A stretch of 61,649 bases of DNA from a virus (IMGVR_UViG_3300033145_000568:1-61649), one strand, 5' to 3'. Positions 1 through 9,456 are shown, counted from the stretch's first letter. A program made the numbers and translations. Notes: generated from the sequence alone by a model not told the origin.

Positions 1-114
1 ATAGATACCCGGAACCCCTGCCTGCCCTCTTTCTTCTACATCATCAGTCATGATAGCTCCTCTTTCTCTATATGTTCCGCAATCGCATCCTTGTATTCCT
101 GCGGTAACGCATCA
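1..114. repeat. Terminal direct repeat (circular contig overlap), left copy
   Basis: 1-114 is identical to 61536-61649; ORFs 48..338 and 60783..61586 run across the junction. Confidence 0.95.
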
Positions 115-338
115 TACCATTCCATTATGAGCCGCAAACACTCTTGGAGGGCAGGCCGTAGCCACTTGATGATTTCTGCCCATGTTAGCATCGCATCCTT
201 GAATGCTGTACGGCTCGTTGCGATGAGTTCCTCTTCGGACATAGTATTGACTTGTTCTGGTAAAAGGGCAGGCAACCATTCGCTACCCGCTAGTTTGCGG
301 AGACCCGTGCGCATTTCGTCAATATCTTCCTTCTTCAT
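48..338 (-). CDS. Hypothetical protein
   Basis: AGGAGG RBS; ATGA-type overlaps with neighbours. Confidence 0.7.
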   Translation of the reverse strand: MKKEDIDEMRTGLRKLAGSEWLPALLPEQVNTMSEEELIATSRTAFKDAMLTWAEIIKWLRPALQECLRLIMEWYDALPQEYKDAIAEHIEKEELS

Positions 339-586
339 CTGGATCCTCCTTTTTGAATCTGTTCCAGAATTGCCACAGCAACAGCTGCGACATCAATCGC
401 CTCATCCTCAATGTCGCACAAGTCAGAGGGTTTTAGTTTATCCTCCAGAACCGCTTTTGCCAATTCACCAAGCTCCTCCGCTAAAATCGTCACCCAAAAT
501 GGGAAAGAATGGGGCCTTTGTTTCCACTTAATGTCCTGCTCTTCTCGTTTATGCTGGATTCGTTTGAAAATCTCATTACGCAACAT
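335..586 (-). CDS. MazG-like nucleotide pyrophosphohydrolase
   Basis: ILAEELGELAKA...EDEAIDV: EExxE...ExxD MazG motif. Confidence 0.75.
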   Translation of the reverse strand: MLRNEIFKRIQHKREEQDIKWKQRPHSFPFWVTILAEELGELAKAVLEDKLKPSDLCDIEDEAIDVAAVAVAILEQIQKGGSR

Positions 587-993
587 TACTGTTCTTCCTC
601 CTTGTCTTTGCCAGAGCTCAACGCCTCTCGAAGGTCATTGATGCAACCCACTGGATTCTGTCTCAGCATTTCTCCAGTATATCGAAGGATTCGCCACCCC
701 AACAGAACAGCACGGTTAAGCTTTGCATAATCAGTGCTTTTTGTGTGCCTCCCAACTGCTACGTACCGCCGAAGTTTCTTTGACCACCGGACCATTTGAT
801 TTCCACCATCAATTTCTATCGCCAATTTACAATCGACCCATGCGTAGTCAAAGGTCCACATCCGTTCGCAGAATCTATAATTCCTGCGATAGGGAGGAAG
901 ATCAGACCCGATCTCTCGGATCCGCGCCGCGAACTCCCGCTCAAGTGCGCTCTGTACATAAGCATCCCTCGCTTTGCTAATCTTCTTCAACAT
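586..993 (-). CDS. PD-(D/E)xK endonuclease, DUF559/Vsr-like
   Basis: YRF..WTFDYAWVDCKLAIEIDGG ... LNRAVLLGWRILRYT. Confidence 0.75.
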   Translation of the reverse strand: MLKKISKARDAYVQSALEREFAARIREIGSDLPPYRRNYRFCERMWTFDYAWVDCKLAIEIDGGNQMVRWSKKLRRYVAVGRHTKSTDYAKLNRAVLLGWRILRYTGEMLRQNPVGCINDLREALSSGKDKEEEQ

Positions 994-1149
994 CTATGCC
1001 TCCCATTTTAAGACGGGGAAATCGGGGGACTCCCCCGCCTTGAGAACTCCGGTATCGATCCGTGCGCACCTGCCACAAGGAGGGAGGACAGGGTGTAAGG
1101 GTTTTGTAGCCCTCGCAGCACTCCACTTGAGTTCTCTGATAATCTCATC

Positions 1150-1506
1150 TTAACCCTTATATGGCACGAATGCTGGATACCATAGGTGGATACGCGAATG
1201 CCGTACTGGGTGTCGCCAGTATTGCCGGCGATCGTAAGCGTTCCCCCCAGGCCCATGAGCCCGTAGCCCTATGTTACCCACCAATCTTCGTCGCGGATGC
1301 CAACCAGCCAACCATAGCCGCACCACTAATGCAAACTCCCTGAACTGCAATCTAATGGCGTGTTTCAGATCCTGTATTGTAACACAGAATTCTGCCCAGC
1401 GTTCATCATCTTCGTCTACTTCCCGAAGACTAGAAAGCGAGCGCAATCGCTCGATTACCCTGACACTATGGGTTTTTCTGATCATTCTCATTATTCCCCT
1501 CCTCAA
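1150..1506 (-). CDS. Hypothetical protein (start uncertain)
   Basis: Fills the operon gap; an RBS precedes an internal ATG. Confidence 0.45.
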   Translation of the reverse strand: MRRGIMRMIRKTHSVRVIERLRSLSSLREVDEDDERWAEFCVTIQDLKHAIRLQFREFALVVRLWLAGWHPRRRLVGNIGLRAHGPGGNAYDRRQYWRHPVRHSRIHLWYPAFVPYKG

Positions 1507-1966
1507 TTATTTTCGCTAACGCACTGGCAAGTTGGTTGGCCTCGTGATTTACAAGATACCACAACTGGTCCCATATTTTTCCAATCGTCATATTGCTACC
1601 AATCCCTATCGCCATAGCAATCCCAATCTCATTAACTTCATGCGTTAGTTTGCGCATGAACAGCCGGGACAATCCGCGCGCCTCGATCTCTTCCAATAGA
1701 CCATGCTTGCCATGCCAGAGGGCAATATCAGTATCAAAACAAGGTATTCTGTTTGATGCTTCCCCCACAGGCGAGCTCCAATAGAGCGCCCGATAAACTT
1801 CAGCAGCTGGAATCCTGTCCCCTTTCCCAAGATCGCGCTGGAGTTTGGTGTCATACCAAGGATCTTCACCGGATTCAAAATGAAATTCCAAGCCCTCGGG
1901 GTGCCAATTAGGATTTTCTGGTGGTTTCCATCCAGCCCACCCCGCTATCTTCTCATTGTCAGTCAT
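1466..1966 (-). CDS. Phage ABA-sandwich-like domain protein
   Basis: NEKIA..AGW ... PCFDTDIALW..LLEEIE pattern; resembles 38650..39036. Confidence 0.5.
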   Translation of the reverse strand: MTDNEKIAGWAGWKPPENPNWHPEGLEFHFESGEDPWYDTKLQRDLGKGDRIPAAEVYRALYWSSPVGEASNRIPCFDTDIALWHGKHGLLEEIEARGLSRLFMRKLTHEVNEIGIAMAIGIGSNMTIGKIWDQLWYLVNHEANQLASALAKIIEEGNNENDQKNP

Positions 1967-2580
1967 CGTTCTTCCCCCCTCTTAATAGTCCGATAATCCT
2001 TGCCCTTCATTTCAATCTCCCTGCAGGTTTCCCACCACCTGGAGAAGGCCCGATCCGAATATTTCAGCTTCAATGCCTCAAGAGTAAGATTTGTCGAAAT
2101 CCCAAGTGGCAACATGGCATTGTAGCGAGCATTGAAAATGTGTGCTAAGTTCTCAACCGTGAAAGGCATTTCCCTCTCTTCCCCTAAGTCATCAAGCAAC
2201 AGAATATCAGCCTCACAGCATTCTGTTACAATGACATATGCACCGTGTCCCATGTTCTTCCGCATTGCATCTACAAGACCAAGAATCGGCCAATAAGCCA
2301 CGCAGTAACTTCGTGTCTCGTCTTTCAATTCTTCGTACAAAGGCGAAGCCTCGGTGATCCGTGGATTCAGCAATACAGTCCGTTTGCTGGCTTCTCTCGC
2401 CAATGCTGCAAATAAATGGGTCTTCCCTAGTCCAACAGGCCCATGCAAGATGACGCCCTTTGTGCCCGCTCTGGCTAGATCTTGGCAAGCCTCTCTCGCC
2501 TTTGGGTTACCAGGAGGAATCTTGTAGTTCTCAAAGGTAGCTTCTGCAAATCTCTTGCCAATGCCTGCGCCAATGATCAT
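1963..2580 (-). CDS. DnaC/IstB-like AAA+ helicase loader
   Basis: Walker A GPVGLGKT, Walker B LLLDDLG, ISTNL, SR motif; next to the initiator. Confidence 0.9.
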   Translation of the reverse strand: MIIGAGIGKRFAEATFENYKIPPGNPKAREACQDLARAGTKGVILHGPVGLGKTHLFAALAREASKRTVLLNPRITEASPLYEELKDETRSYCVAYWPILGLVDAMRKNMGHGAYVIVTECCEADILLLDDLGEEREMPFTVENLAHIFNARYNAMLPLGISTNLTLEALKLKYSDRAFSRWWETCREIEMKGKDYRTIKRGEER

Positions 2581-3041
2581 TGCTCCTCCTTCAAAATATC
2601 ATTCTGATCCCCGGAGCCAATCTGAAACCGAGAATCTGCCAGGACTTCATAAAGCGTCTTGCCTTGAGTACTTAGCATATAGGGCAGAAAGACTTGTTCC
2701 ATTACCACCATCTCGGTATCCAGAAATGCCATTTGAGCTCTAATCCAATCCTTGACAATTCTCCAAGCCACCCTGAGTGCTTGCTCTTGAGTCACCAGCG
2801 AACGAGGGACACGCCTATCGCGTTCAAGCACAGCGAAAACTGGTTGCCAATCAACGGGAAGCTGGAATTGTATGGGCTCATCAGCTGGCCCATGAATGAC
2901 AAAAGCCAGAGAAACAATATAGCCGTTATCGTCATACTTCATCAAAATTCCCCGCGCTCCGTGCGTTGCAAGCATTGTCTGAATTTCAGAGACAGTCTTA
3001 TGCGTATTCACTTTTGTGGTGTAGTTTAGCAGTGGCATCAT
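2577..3041 (-). CDS. Conserved phage hypothetical protein
   Basis: QALRVAWRIVKDWIRAQ...EQVFLPY, a pattern common in phage replication regions. Confidence 0.7.
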   Translation of the reverse strand: MMPLLNYTTKVNTHKTVSEIQTMLATHGARGILMKYDDNGYIVSLAFVIHGPADEPIQFQLPVDWQPVFAVLERDRRVPRSLVTQEQALRVAWRIVKDWIRAQMAFLDTEMVVMEQVFLPYMLSTQGKTLYEVLADSRFQIGSGDQNDILKEEQ

Positions 3042-4150
3042 TCCTCCCCTGTGTATTCACTTATAGGGCGCTGATTGATCAGCTGGCCTGTCTTCGCGCT
3101 GGTGGGATGTACTGCAGGATCCTCCCACCGCCGATCAGTTAGCCACCCTTGCGCCATCTTGGGAGTGCTGCCTTTCTGTCTGATCGAGGCCCTCAGCACA
3201 TTATATCTCTTGGCCCCGGCTATAATCTCAGCAAATAACTGATCTGCCATTGGGTTGAGCTTCACCCAAGAATCTGCTGCCGCTGCTTTCCCAGCTCGAC
3301 TACCAAAAGCATCCAAGAATTTCTCGAAGCGCTCCAAAATCTTGCCCTTGAGGATCTTGCCCTTGGCTGACTTGTATGATTTTGCTGTAGCCTGCGAATC
3401 CGTTTTTGGAGAAAGTTCTTCTTCTTTTTCTTCTTCTTTTTCTTCTTTTATCTCTTTACTGTTACTGTTACTGCTACTGCTACTGGGTCCTACGAACCCC
3501 CTTCGACCCCTCTTCGATGGTTCCTGAGAAGGTTTCTTGATACCTTTCTTGATACGTCCCTTTGGCTTATCCGCAAAGGGAGCAATCCTATCCCAAAAGC
3601 GAGCTTTAAGATCTCTGTTCTTCTGTTCTGCAAGCGGGTTTAGGAGTCCTGCGAACAACCACCCCGGCTTGCCTCCAAGAATGATCTCTAAGTAGTCTCG
3701 AAGTTCTGCAAAAATTGTTGAGCGGGGCAATTCTTCACACGATTCTATCCAACCGTTTAGCTGATTTGGATTATCTGGCCGATTGTAAATAAGGTAATTT
3801 TTTACAATAATGAGATGGTTATCACGAAGCACTAAAGAGCCCTCCTGGGAGCCCTCCTGTAAACCTTTCTTGAAACCTTCCAAAATGCTTTCTGACGACT
3901 CGATCTCGCCGGATTCTCTGAAACACACAGGACAAATCTGATCATTATAATATCCAAGCAATGAATCCATTAACTGCGAGGAGAATACCCCAGCTCCTAG
4001 AGGGGTCATTGCTGGATGAGTTAGAAGAGCAAACCATGCTAGTTTCTGCATTACAGAGAAAGATGAAAACTTCTCGTCATTCCATATTCGGGGATCAATC
4101 TTACGGTATCTGCTCATGACATCAACTCCTGCACTTTTGGAGTTAGCCAA
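3038..4150 (-). CDS. Phage replication initiator / replisome organiser (likely start MSRYRKI at 4117)
   Basis: N-terminal YRKIDPRIWNDEKF, Ser/Asn-Glu linker, C-terminal FEKF..GKAAAADSW..PKMAQGWLTDRRWED; upstream of the DnaC-like gene. Confidence 0.8.
   Translation of the reverse strand: MANSKSAGVDVMSRYRKIDPRIWNDEKFSSFSVMQKLAWFALLTHPAMTPLGAGVFSSQLMDSLLGYYNDQICPVCFRESGEIESSESILEGFKKGLQEGSQEGSLVLRDNHLIIVKNYLIYNRPDNPNQLNGWIESCEELPRSTIFAELRDYLEIILGGKPGWLFAGLLNPLAEQKNRDLKARFWDRIAPFADKPKGRIKKGIKKPSQEPSKRGRRGFVGPSSSSSNSNSKEIKEEKEEEKEEELSPKTDSQATAKSYKSAKGKILKGKILERFEKFLDAFGSRAGKAAAADSWVKLNPMADQLFAEIIAGAKRYNVLRASIRQKGSTPKMAQGWLTDRRWEDPAVHPTSAKTGQLINQRPISEYTGEE
3415..3890. other. Candidate replication origin inside the initiator gene
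   Basis: Degenerate 12-bp repeats (cctttcttgata/cctttcttgaaa/ccctcctgtaaa/ccctcctgggag) at ~3520-3555 and ~3838-3885, plus a pyrimidine tract and (ctgtta/ctgcta)n at 3415-3485. Confidence 0.45.
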
Positions 4151-4392
4151 AGCCTGCGGTTGGTGTAAGAGGAGTCCTGTTGATCTACTTCGCGTATGAG
4201 GTACCCAGATTGAACGAGTCGCCCAATCTCTTGGTGTAGCCGGATTTTTTTTACACCCGAACAGATCCTGGCAAGGGCTGCGTTGGTCATGCGGCAGCAG
4301 CCATCATCATCAAGATGACGCGCTATCTGTTGGATGATAATCTTCTGGAAACCAGTTATTGTTTCGCTTGTTGGTGAATCTTTCATGCCCAA
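4114..4392 (-). CDS. Winged HTH protein
   Basis: CRMTNAALARIC..IGRLVQSGYLIR, initiator-type wHTH. Confidence 0.6.
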   Translation of the reverse strand: MGMKDSPTSETITGFQKIIIQQIARHLDDDGCCRMTNAALARICSGVKKIRLHQEIGRLVQSGYLIREVDQQDSSYTNRRLWLTPKVQELMS

Positions 4393-4483
4393 GCCTCCAC
4401 AAGGATAGGATGTGATGGGTTTAGAACCGCCTTGCGGCGATCCACCCGTGGGATGGTATCCGGTTCATCCCCCACCAGCAATC

Positions 4484-4512
4484 AGTATAGCAAGATCGTT
4501 TCTGAAAAGCAA
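4484..4512 (-). promoter_or_regulatory. Sigma70-type promoter for replication genes
   Basis: TTGCTT-17 bp-TATACT with extended -10 TG. Confidence 0.65.
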
Positions 4513-4531
4513 ATTCATCAGATCTTGCCTC

Positions 4532-4750
4532 TTATGTTTCTGAAAGCACTATCCCGATTCCAGGATAGTAGATATTCCTTAGCACCGTCTTGCCATAATT
4601 GTACTTAACCGCCCCAATTGCAAAGTTCTCGGCGCGATCATTTCTCTCACTGATGAGCCATTCTGCCACTGTCTTCACTTCGCCGTCAACATGGCTTTTC
4701 ATCTTCATATCCGCAGGAAACTTCTCCAATGCTTCTGTAAGTGTCATCAA
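4532..4750 (-). CDS. Hypothetical protein
   Basis: Coupled ORF in the operon. Confidence 0.6.
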   Translation of the reverse strand: MMTLTEALEKFPADMKMKSHVDGEVKTVAEWLISERNDRAENFAIGAVKYNYGKTVLRNIYYPGIGIVLSET

Positions 4751-5043
4751 TCTTCCCCTTCATCCAAACAGATCACAACCCTGAATCGCTTACTTGAACC
4801 CCGCAAGAGGATCGGATATAGAGGAATGCCAAAAACCATCACGCGCTCCTTGTTGGGATCAATCCCCCAGAGGCTTTCACCCATTGGAGCCGATTCCTTC
4901 ATCAGTGCCCGGCCACATTCACAAGTGCAATAGATAGCTGTTGGGGGCATGCCGTAGCGTCGTCTTATTTGCTGCATCTCGTTATAGATATCATCCGCAA
5001 TGTGTGTCTTTGCCATCTCACACCTCCATCTTCTTAAATGCAT
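4747..5043 (-). CDS. Hypothetical protein (likely start MAKTH)
   Basis: GGAGGTG RBS before the internal ATG. Confidence 0.6.
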   Translation of the reverse strand: MHLRRWRCEMAKTHIADDIYNEMQQIRRRYGMPPTAIYCTCECGRALMKESAPMGESLWGIDPNKERVMVFGIPLYPILLRGSSKRFRVVICLDEGED

Positions 5044-5668
5044 CTACCCACACCCATTGCGGCACGTCCCAGCCGTAGCCGCGTTTTGCGTTTATTGAAT
5101 CCCAAAGAGCAGTGAAAAGCTCTTTTGCTGTAAATTTGTGCCCCATGCTAGATGATCCAGTTATCACTCCCTCTATTAGCGCATCTTCCTCGCTAATTTC
5201 CTGTAGCTTCTCAACGCGGATGTCGGTGGTCCTGCAAACTGTCCGCGCCGCTTCTGTCGGCATATGGATCGGGCTCAACTGGTTGCGCTTCCAGCGCCAC
5301 TTGAGGTGCTTGCCAGTGATGAGACTGATCACAGGGACGTCGAGACACGGGCTGACATCATCACGATAGTAAGCCATCCCATCCATGCCCGCGACTAACG
5401 GCTCGGTCATGCAGCGCACATCGCCAGGCTTGCCGTAAGGACATTTTATAGCGTCGGGAAGAATGCACCCATCTTCGTGCTCCCCAAAATATGCCACAAT
5501 ATATTCAGAGTTTCTTCCTATAAATTGGAAGGGAAGCTTGGGCTGCGGGTCTATCACCCGCCGTGTTTGTGTCTTCCGATCATCGCGGATCGCTTGCCTG
5601 TTGTCCGCCGTGAACAGCGGCATCCGTCCGACTATCGGGATACCGTGATAGCGGATCGTGTCCTTCAT
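5018..5668 (-). CDS. ASCH/PUA-like conserved phage protein
   Basis: AIRDDRKTQTRR..CPYGKPGD..SPIHMP..RVEKLQEISEEDALIEG..WVWV. Confidence 0.75.
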   Translation of the reverse strand: MKDTIRYHGIPIVGRMPLFTADNRQAIRDDRKTQTRRVIDPQPKLPFQFIGRNSEYIVAYFGEHEDGCILPDAIKCPYGKPGDVRCMTEPLVAGMDGMAYYRDDVSPCLDVPVISLITGKHLKWRWKRNQLSPIHMPTEAARTVCRTTDIRVEKLQEISEEDALIEGVITGSSSMGHKFTAKELFTALWDSINAKRGYGWDVPQWVWVDAFKKMEV

Positions 5669-5850
5669 CGCGGCTTCCTGACATCCACAAGGGCCATCGT
5701 TAGATCCATGCTTGCGCGTTTTGCTGCACCGGATTCCCTGCAGCCATATTGAGCATATTTGTCATCCTTCTCCCGCTCAAGATAAGCCTGTCCTTTTGAG
5801 AGAAACCGCTTGGCTTCTTTCATGGCTGTAATTAATGCAAGCTTGTTCAT
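5665..5850 (-). CDS. Hypothetical protein
   Basis: RBS present; coupled overlap. Confidence 0.65.
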   Translation of the reverse strand: MNKLALITAMKEAKRFLSKGQAYLEREKDDKYAQYGCRESGAAKRASMDLTMALVDVRKPR

Positions 5851-5872
5851 TTCCTCTTCCTCCTTTTCTTAT

Positions 5873-6082
5873 TCAGGATGCTTGTTCGTCAACAAAGGCA
5901 GCGAGCCTTTCGAGAAACTGAAGGGTAAATGATTTTCCTACCCTTTCAGGATCCTCCTTGCAGCGTTCTTTCATGCCTTTACGAGAAACAAAATCATTCT
6001 CTTTGTCACCCATATCCCTGGCCCATTTGGTGAATACACCGTCAAGCTCTTGTGTGCTTACTACAATTTCTTTAATTTTCAT
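5873..6082 (-). CDS. Hypothetical protein
   Basis: RBS present. Confidence 0.6.
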   Translation of the reverse strand: MKIKEIVVSTQELDGVFTKWARDMGDKENDFVSRKGMKERCKEDPERVGKSFTLQFLERLAAFVDEQAS

Positions 6083-6208
6083 TATCAGTCTCCGTATCCG
6101 TAGCTGCTTGCATTACGTCCATCGCAAGATTGATAAAGCGGAAGGCCTGCGAACGCCGCAGGCCCTCCTCCTGAAGGGAGTACGACCTTGAAACGTACCC
6201 CTTGTATG

Positions 6209-7276
6209 CTAATAGATGTTGCATCCTGGATCTGGCCCGGTTGGGATTGTCCATGACTTGGTTGTCTCGCCGCCGTCTTGGTCTTGCCAGGTCTCTGTGA
6301 TCGTGGTTTCGGTTGCCGGCTGGCGCACTTTAGACCAGTCGATCGAGCAGTTAGTGCCATTGCCGGGGTAGCCGCTTTCGCCATAGCCCGGCGGAGAGAA
6401 GGGCAGGCCTGTGCCATACACAATTTCGTCAGGCTTTTTCTTCCAGTATTCTTTCCATCCACTACCGCTCAAGCCAGGCTCGTGGTTTTTGTGTGCCTGG
6501 TCAGGATCGGCCTCAATCTTCTTTTTGCACTGATACACCGCCCCGCCCCAGTTCACCACAGCATCCACTGCGTATGCTCGTCCTTTGTGCCACAAGGGGT
6601 GGATATTGAATGCAGTATCGACTGGACCTGTCCACGTAGAATGGAACACGAACGCATTCTCGATTAGCCGATGGTTACGGTCGAAGGCATGGTAGATCCC
6701 AGGCCCCGCATAAGGCGGGCAAAAAACTGTGTCCTCCTCGCCCTTGCGTGCAACCTGGACATGCACATCAACCAGCGTTACTGGGCCGCCCTCTGGGTCA
6801 TAGACATCGGGATTGTCGCAGATATACCGATGGCGTGGATGCAGGTACCAGAGATCGTCGAGGCCATTGAGCCGCAGCCTGCCGACGACTGGCGGCTTGT
6901 TGTCGAGGGCGATGTAGAACTGCGCTCTTTGCGTTGCATATCCAGGACGTTCCCAAACTACTTCTCCTTCGCAGGGTAGACTGTAGAGGGTCAACGGCTT
7001 GATATTGGAGCCTTGAGTGTACGTATGGCCCCCCACAGTGATTGTATATTGCCCCTCAGTGACGCCGCTGGCGGTAATGGTAACATCCAGCGGGGGATAC
7101 CCACTCGGTGGATTTACAACCACTGTCAGTTGATTGCCAGGCCCTGGAGTTACCCCTCCTCCAAGACCAAGATCGACCAGGCATCCACTGAAGGATGCCA
7201 AGATGAGTAACAAACCTAACCCGAAGAGGACTATCTTAACATTGTGCTTGTTCATCAGATGCTTTTTCATTTTCAT
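6209..7276 (-). CDS. Lipoprotein with Ig/PKD-like segment and CBM5/12-like module
   Basis: Basic N-terminus, hydrophobic stretch, lipobox FSG-C; WHKGRAYAVDAVVNWGGAVYQC..EPG..YW module. Confidence 0.7.
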   Translation of the reverse strand: MKMKKHLMNKHNVKIVLFGLGLLLILASFSGCLVDLGLGGGVTPGPGNQLTVVVNPPSGYPPLDVTITASGVTEGQYTITVGGHTYTQGSNIKPLTLYSLPCEGEVVWERPGYATQRAQFYIALDNKPPVVGRLRLNGLDDLWYLHPRHRYICDNPDVYDPEGGPVTLVDVHVQVARKGEEDTVFCPPYAGPGIYHAFDRNHRLIENAFVFHSTWTGPVDTAFNIHPLWHKGRAYAVDAVVNWGGAVYQCKKKIEADPDQAHKNHEPGLSGSGWKEYWKKKPDEIVYGTGLPFSPPGYGESGYPGNGTNCSIDWSKVRQPATETTITETWQDQDGGETTKSWTIPTGPDPGCNIY

Positions 7277-7382
7277 AACCCCCCTGACATAGTTTGGACA
7301 ACTGCCCCGCCCCGCTTTCACAGGACGGGGGTAGTAAGGAGGTAGAACACCCCGCGAGAATCACAGGGCGTCTACTCAGTGC

Positions 7383-7877
7383 TTATAGATCCCAGTGAAC
7401 ATCAATCCCGAAGAACAAGATGGGTTTCCACCGTTGTCCACCTGCGTAGCCAAGATTGAGTCCCCCCCAAATCTCAACTGGATCGAGTGCGCCGACAATC
7501 TTAGCTTCAATGCTGGATGCATTCGTTACCTTGAGATTGTGCGGATAGTTCTCTGGATTAACCACTATGAGTGAAGCAAACTCGCCCCTCACAGCACCAA
7601 AATCAATATCCAGATCAAGAGCCACATTCCAAGTATTCTCCGGGTTTAGCTCTGCGAGAATGTTATCGAATCCAAAGGAGAAATCCCCACCGAACGAAGG
7701 CCCGGTGAAAACATCACCAACAGTTGTCTCCCAGTCAACGCCCAGCGTTAGGGCGGGTGCAAGTGGTTCAACCATGGTCCCTCTGTTTTCGAGAATGAAG
7801 TATGGCCCTGCGGCAAACGCCAGGGCCGCGATTGCGGTCAATATTACAAGAGCTAAAGCTAGTATTCGTTTCTTCAT
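7383..7877 (-). CDS. Secreted protein, possibly an outer-membrane beta-barrel
   Basis: Sec signal ending AFA; alternating hydrophobic strands; ends FFGIDVHWDL. Confidence 0.55.
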   Translation of the reverse strand: MKKRILALALVILTAIAALAFAAGPYFILENRGTMVEPLAPALTLGVDWETTVGDVFTGPSFGGDFSFGFDNILAELNPENTWNVALDLDIDFGAVRGEFASLIVVNPENYPHNLKVTNASSIEAKIVGALDPVEIWGGLNLGYAGGQRWKPILFFGIDVHWDL

Positions 7878-7906
7878 GTCAAACCTCCGTTAGTTATTTG
7901 ACGTAC

Positions 7907-8194
7907 TTATTTGCGCTCTTTCGTTACCGCAAACAACGATTGTGCAGTAGAAAGAACAATCGCCCAAGCAGATGCAACCGCTGCTAGGCCCTGCCCAGGA
8001 GTAGCTGCAGAGAACTCCAACCCTGCGAATCCCCCCGTCACCATGTTGTACCCCAGAGCTGTAAGCAGCGCTAGTACGATTATGCCCCAGGCCGCCGATT
8101 GATCTGAAAGATGTAGCGTGTGCTTAATGGCACTGAATAACCATCTATAGATCGCTCCCACCAATACCGAAAGTCCAATATCCATGATTTTCAC
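7907..8194 (-). CDS. Putative holin
   Basis: 95 aa, about 3 TM segments, basic C-terminus, located after the tail genes. Confidence 0.55.
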   Translation of the reverse strand: MKIMDIGLSVLVGAIYRWLFSAIKHTLHLSDQSAAWGIIVLALLTALGYNMVTGGFAGLEFSAATPGQGLAAVASAWAIVLSTAQSLFAVTKERK

Positions 8195-8257
8195 CTCCGC
8201 AAATCCGTATCGTCGTTACTTCTCCGTATCTTTCATATATGGTGCAGTATAGCGACC

Positions 8258-8743
8258 TCACCCCCCGTTGTCAAGTCTTTGTCCAATAGCGTTGAGAATC
8301 GTGCCCTTGTTGGCGTTACACTGCGCCGCAATCCGCTGAGAGCATCCTGTCAATGATTTGTCTATGGCTGGGCGTAGACCCAACAATGCTTCCGTCTGTC
8401 GCGCCTCACTTGCTGCAAGCTGTGCCATTGTGGTGCTTAGGATAACGAGCTTTTCTGTGTGTCCCTCAAGCACTCTATCTGAGTCTGAGGTCCGCATTTC
8501 GACCTTGGTCAGAATAGTATTCAGGTTCCCAATACTGCTATCGAGCTTGCCAAGGGTTCCATTTAGCGGATTCGTTCTTCGACTGATAAGGGACTTGATC
8601 AATTCTACCAGACTCGTTATCACAACCATCAAAGCGGCAATGATCAACAGAAATATTTTCATACTCATCCCGCCACTCTCTACTGCTGCTTGTACAACTT
8701 GCTCAACCATTGACCCATCCTTCTGCTCTTTCGGTTCGCCCAC
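8258..8743 (-). CDS. Membrane-anchored coiled-coil protein (lysis module)
   Basis: One TM helix followed by heptad repeats. Confidence 0.55.
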   Translation of the reverse strand: MGEPKEQKDGSMVEQVVQAAVESGGMSMKIFLLIIAALMVVITSLVELIKSLISRRTNPLNGTLGKLDSSIGNLNTILTKVEMRTSDSDRVLEGHTEKLVILSTTMAQLAASEARQTEALLGLRPAIDKSLTGCSQRIAAQCNANKGTILNAIGQRLDNGG

Positions 8744-8760
8744 TCATCGTGGCTCAATCT

Positions 8761-9456
8761 TCACTTGCTTTTAAGCATACTTTTTTTATATTTCCACGTT
8801 GGCAAGATCTCCTTCTTTTTATATTGTGATTTAACAGAAGGGGCTTGGTCTTTATCTCCAATCATGTTGCTTACTTTGTTGATTGCTCGTAAACGGGATT
8901 GATCGTTCCATTTCTTCCAATGTCTATATCTATTTTTGCCTTTATATCGACGGACTGCGCATAATTTGTACAACCATCCGCTAAGAGAGAACCCTCCCTT
9001 GTATGAATTACATCGCGGGCATGAGAGACAAAGATTTTCAACTTTATCTTCTCCACCTTTGCAGCGCGGATGGATGTGATCAATATGCGAACCATAGAAC
9101 CTAATTTTCCGATTACAGTAGAAGCAATACCCTTTCTGGCGATCGTACAAATTTCGTTTGATCTTGCGGTAATCTGGAATTAGAAGTTTGCGCTTAATGC
9201 GAGCAGTTGCTCTCTTCTTTTTTGTTCTTGAGCTCGGCCAAGGGATACAAGCCTTTTCATAATGCTGAATAAAATTCACGGATAAAGTGAATTTAGATTC
9301 CAATTGCGAAACTCTCGCTGGCATAGTTTTGGTATCCGGCATTCGTTGGCCAGTGGTCGCTTTTTCGCGGATGCGCCAAGAACCTTTCTGATCTGTCATA
9401 TTGATTCCCTGTTCCTTTGCCCTTATCTTCTTCTGTAGCTTTCCGTCTCGCTGCAA
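8761..9456 (-). CDS. HNH endonuclease
   Basis: CFYC..HIDHIHPRCKGG..ENLCLSCPRCNSYKG. Confidence 0.88.
   Translation of the reverse strand: MQRDGKLQKKIRAKEQGINMTDQKGSWRIREKATTGQRMPDTKTMPARVSQLESKFTLSVNFIQHYEKACIPWPSSRTKKKRATARIKRKLLIPDYRKIKRNLYDRQKGYCFYCNRKIRFYGSHIDHIHPRCKGGEDKVENLCLSCPRCNSYKGGFSLSGWLYKLCAVRRYKGKNRYRHWKKWNDQSRLRAINKVSNMIGDKDQAPSVKSQYKKKEILPTWKYKKSMLKSK

Noticed and set aside
1-114. Biological terminal repeat
   Set aside because: It falls inside coding sequence and looks like an assembler circular overlap
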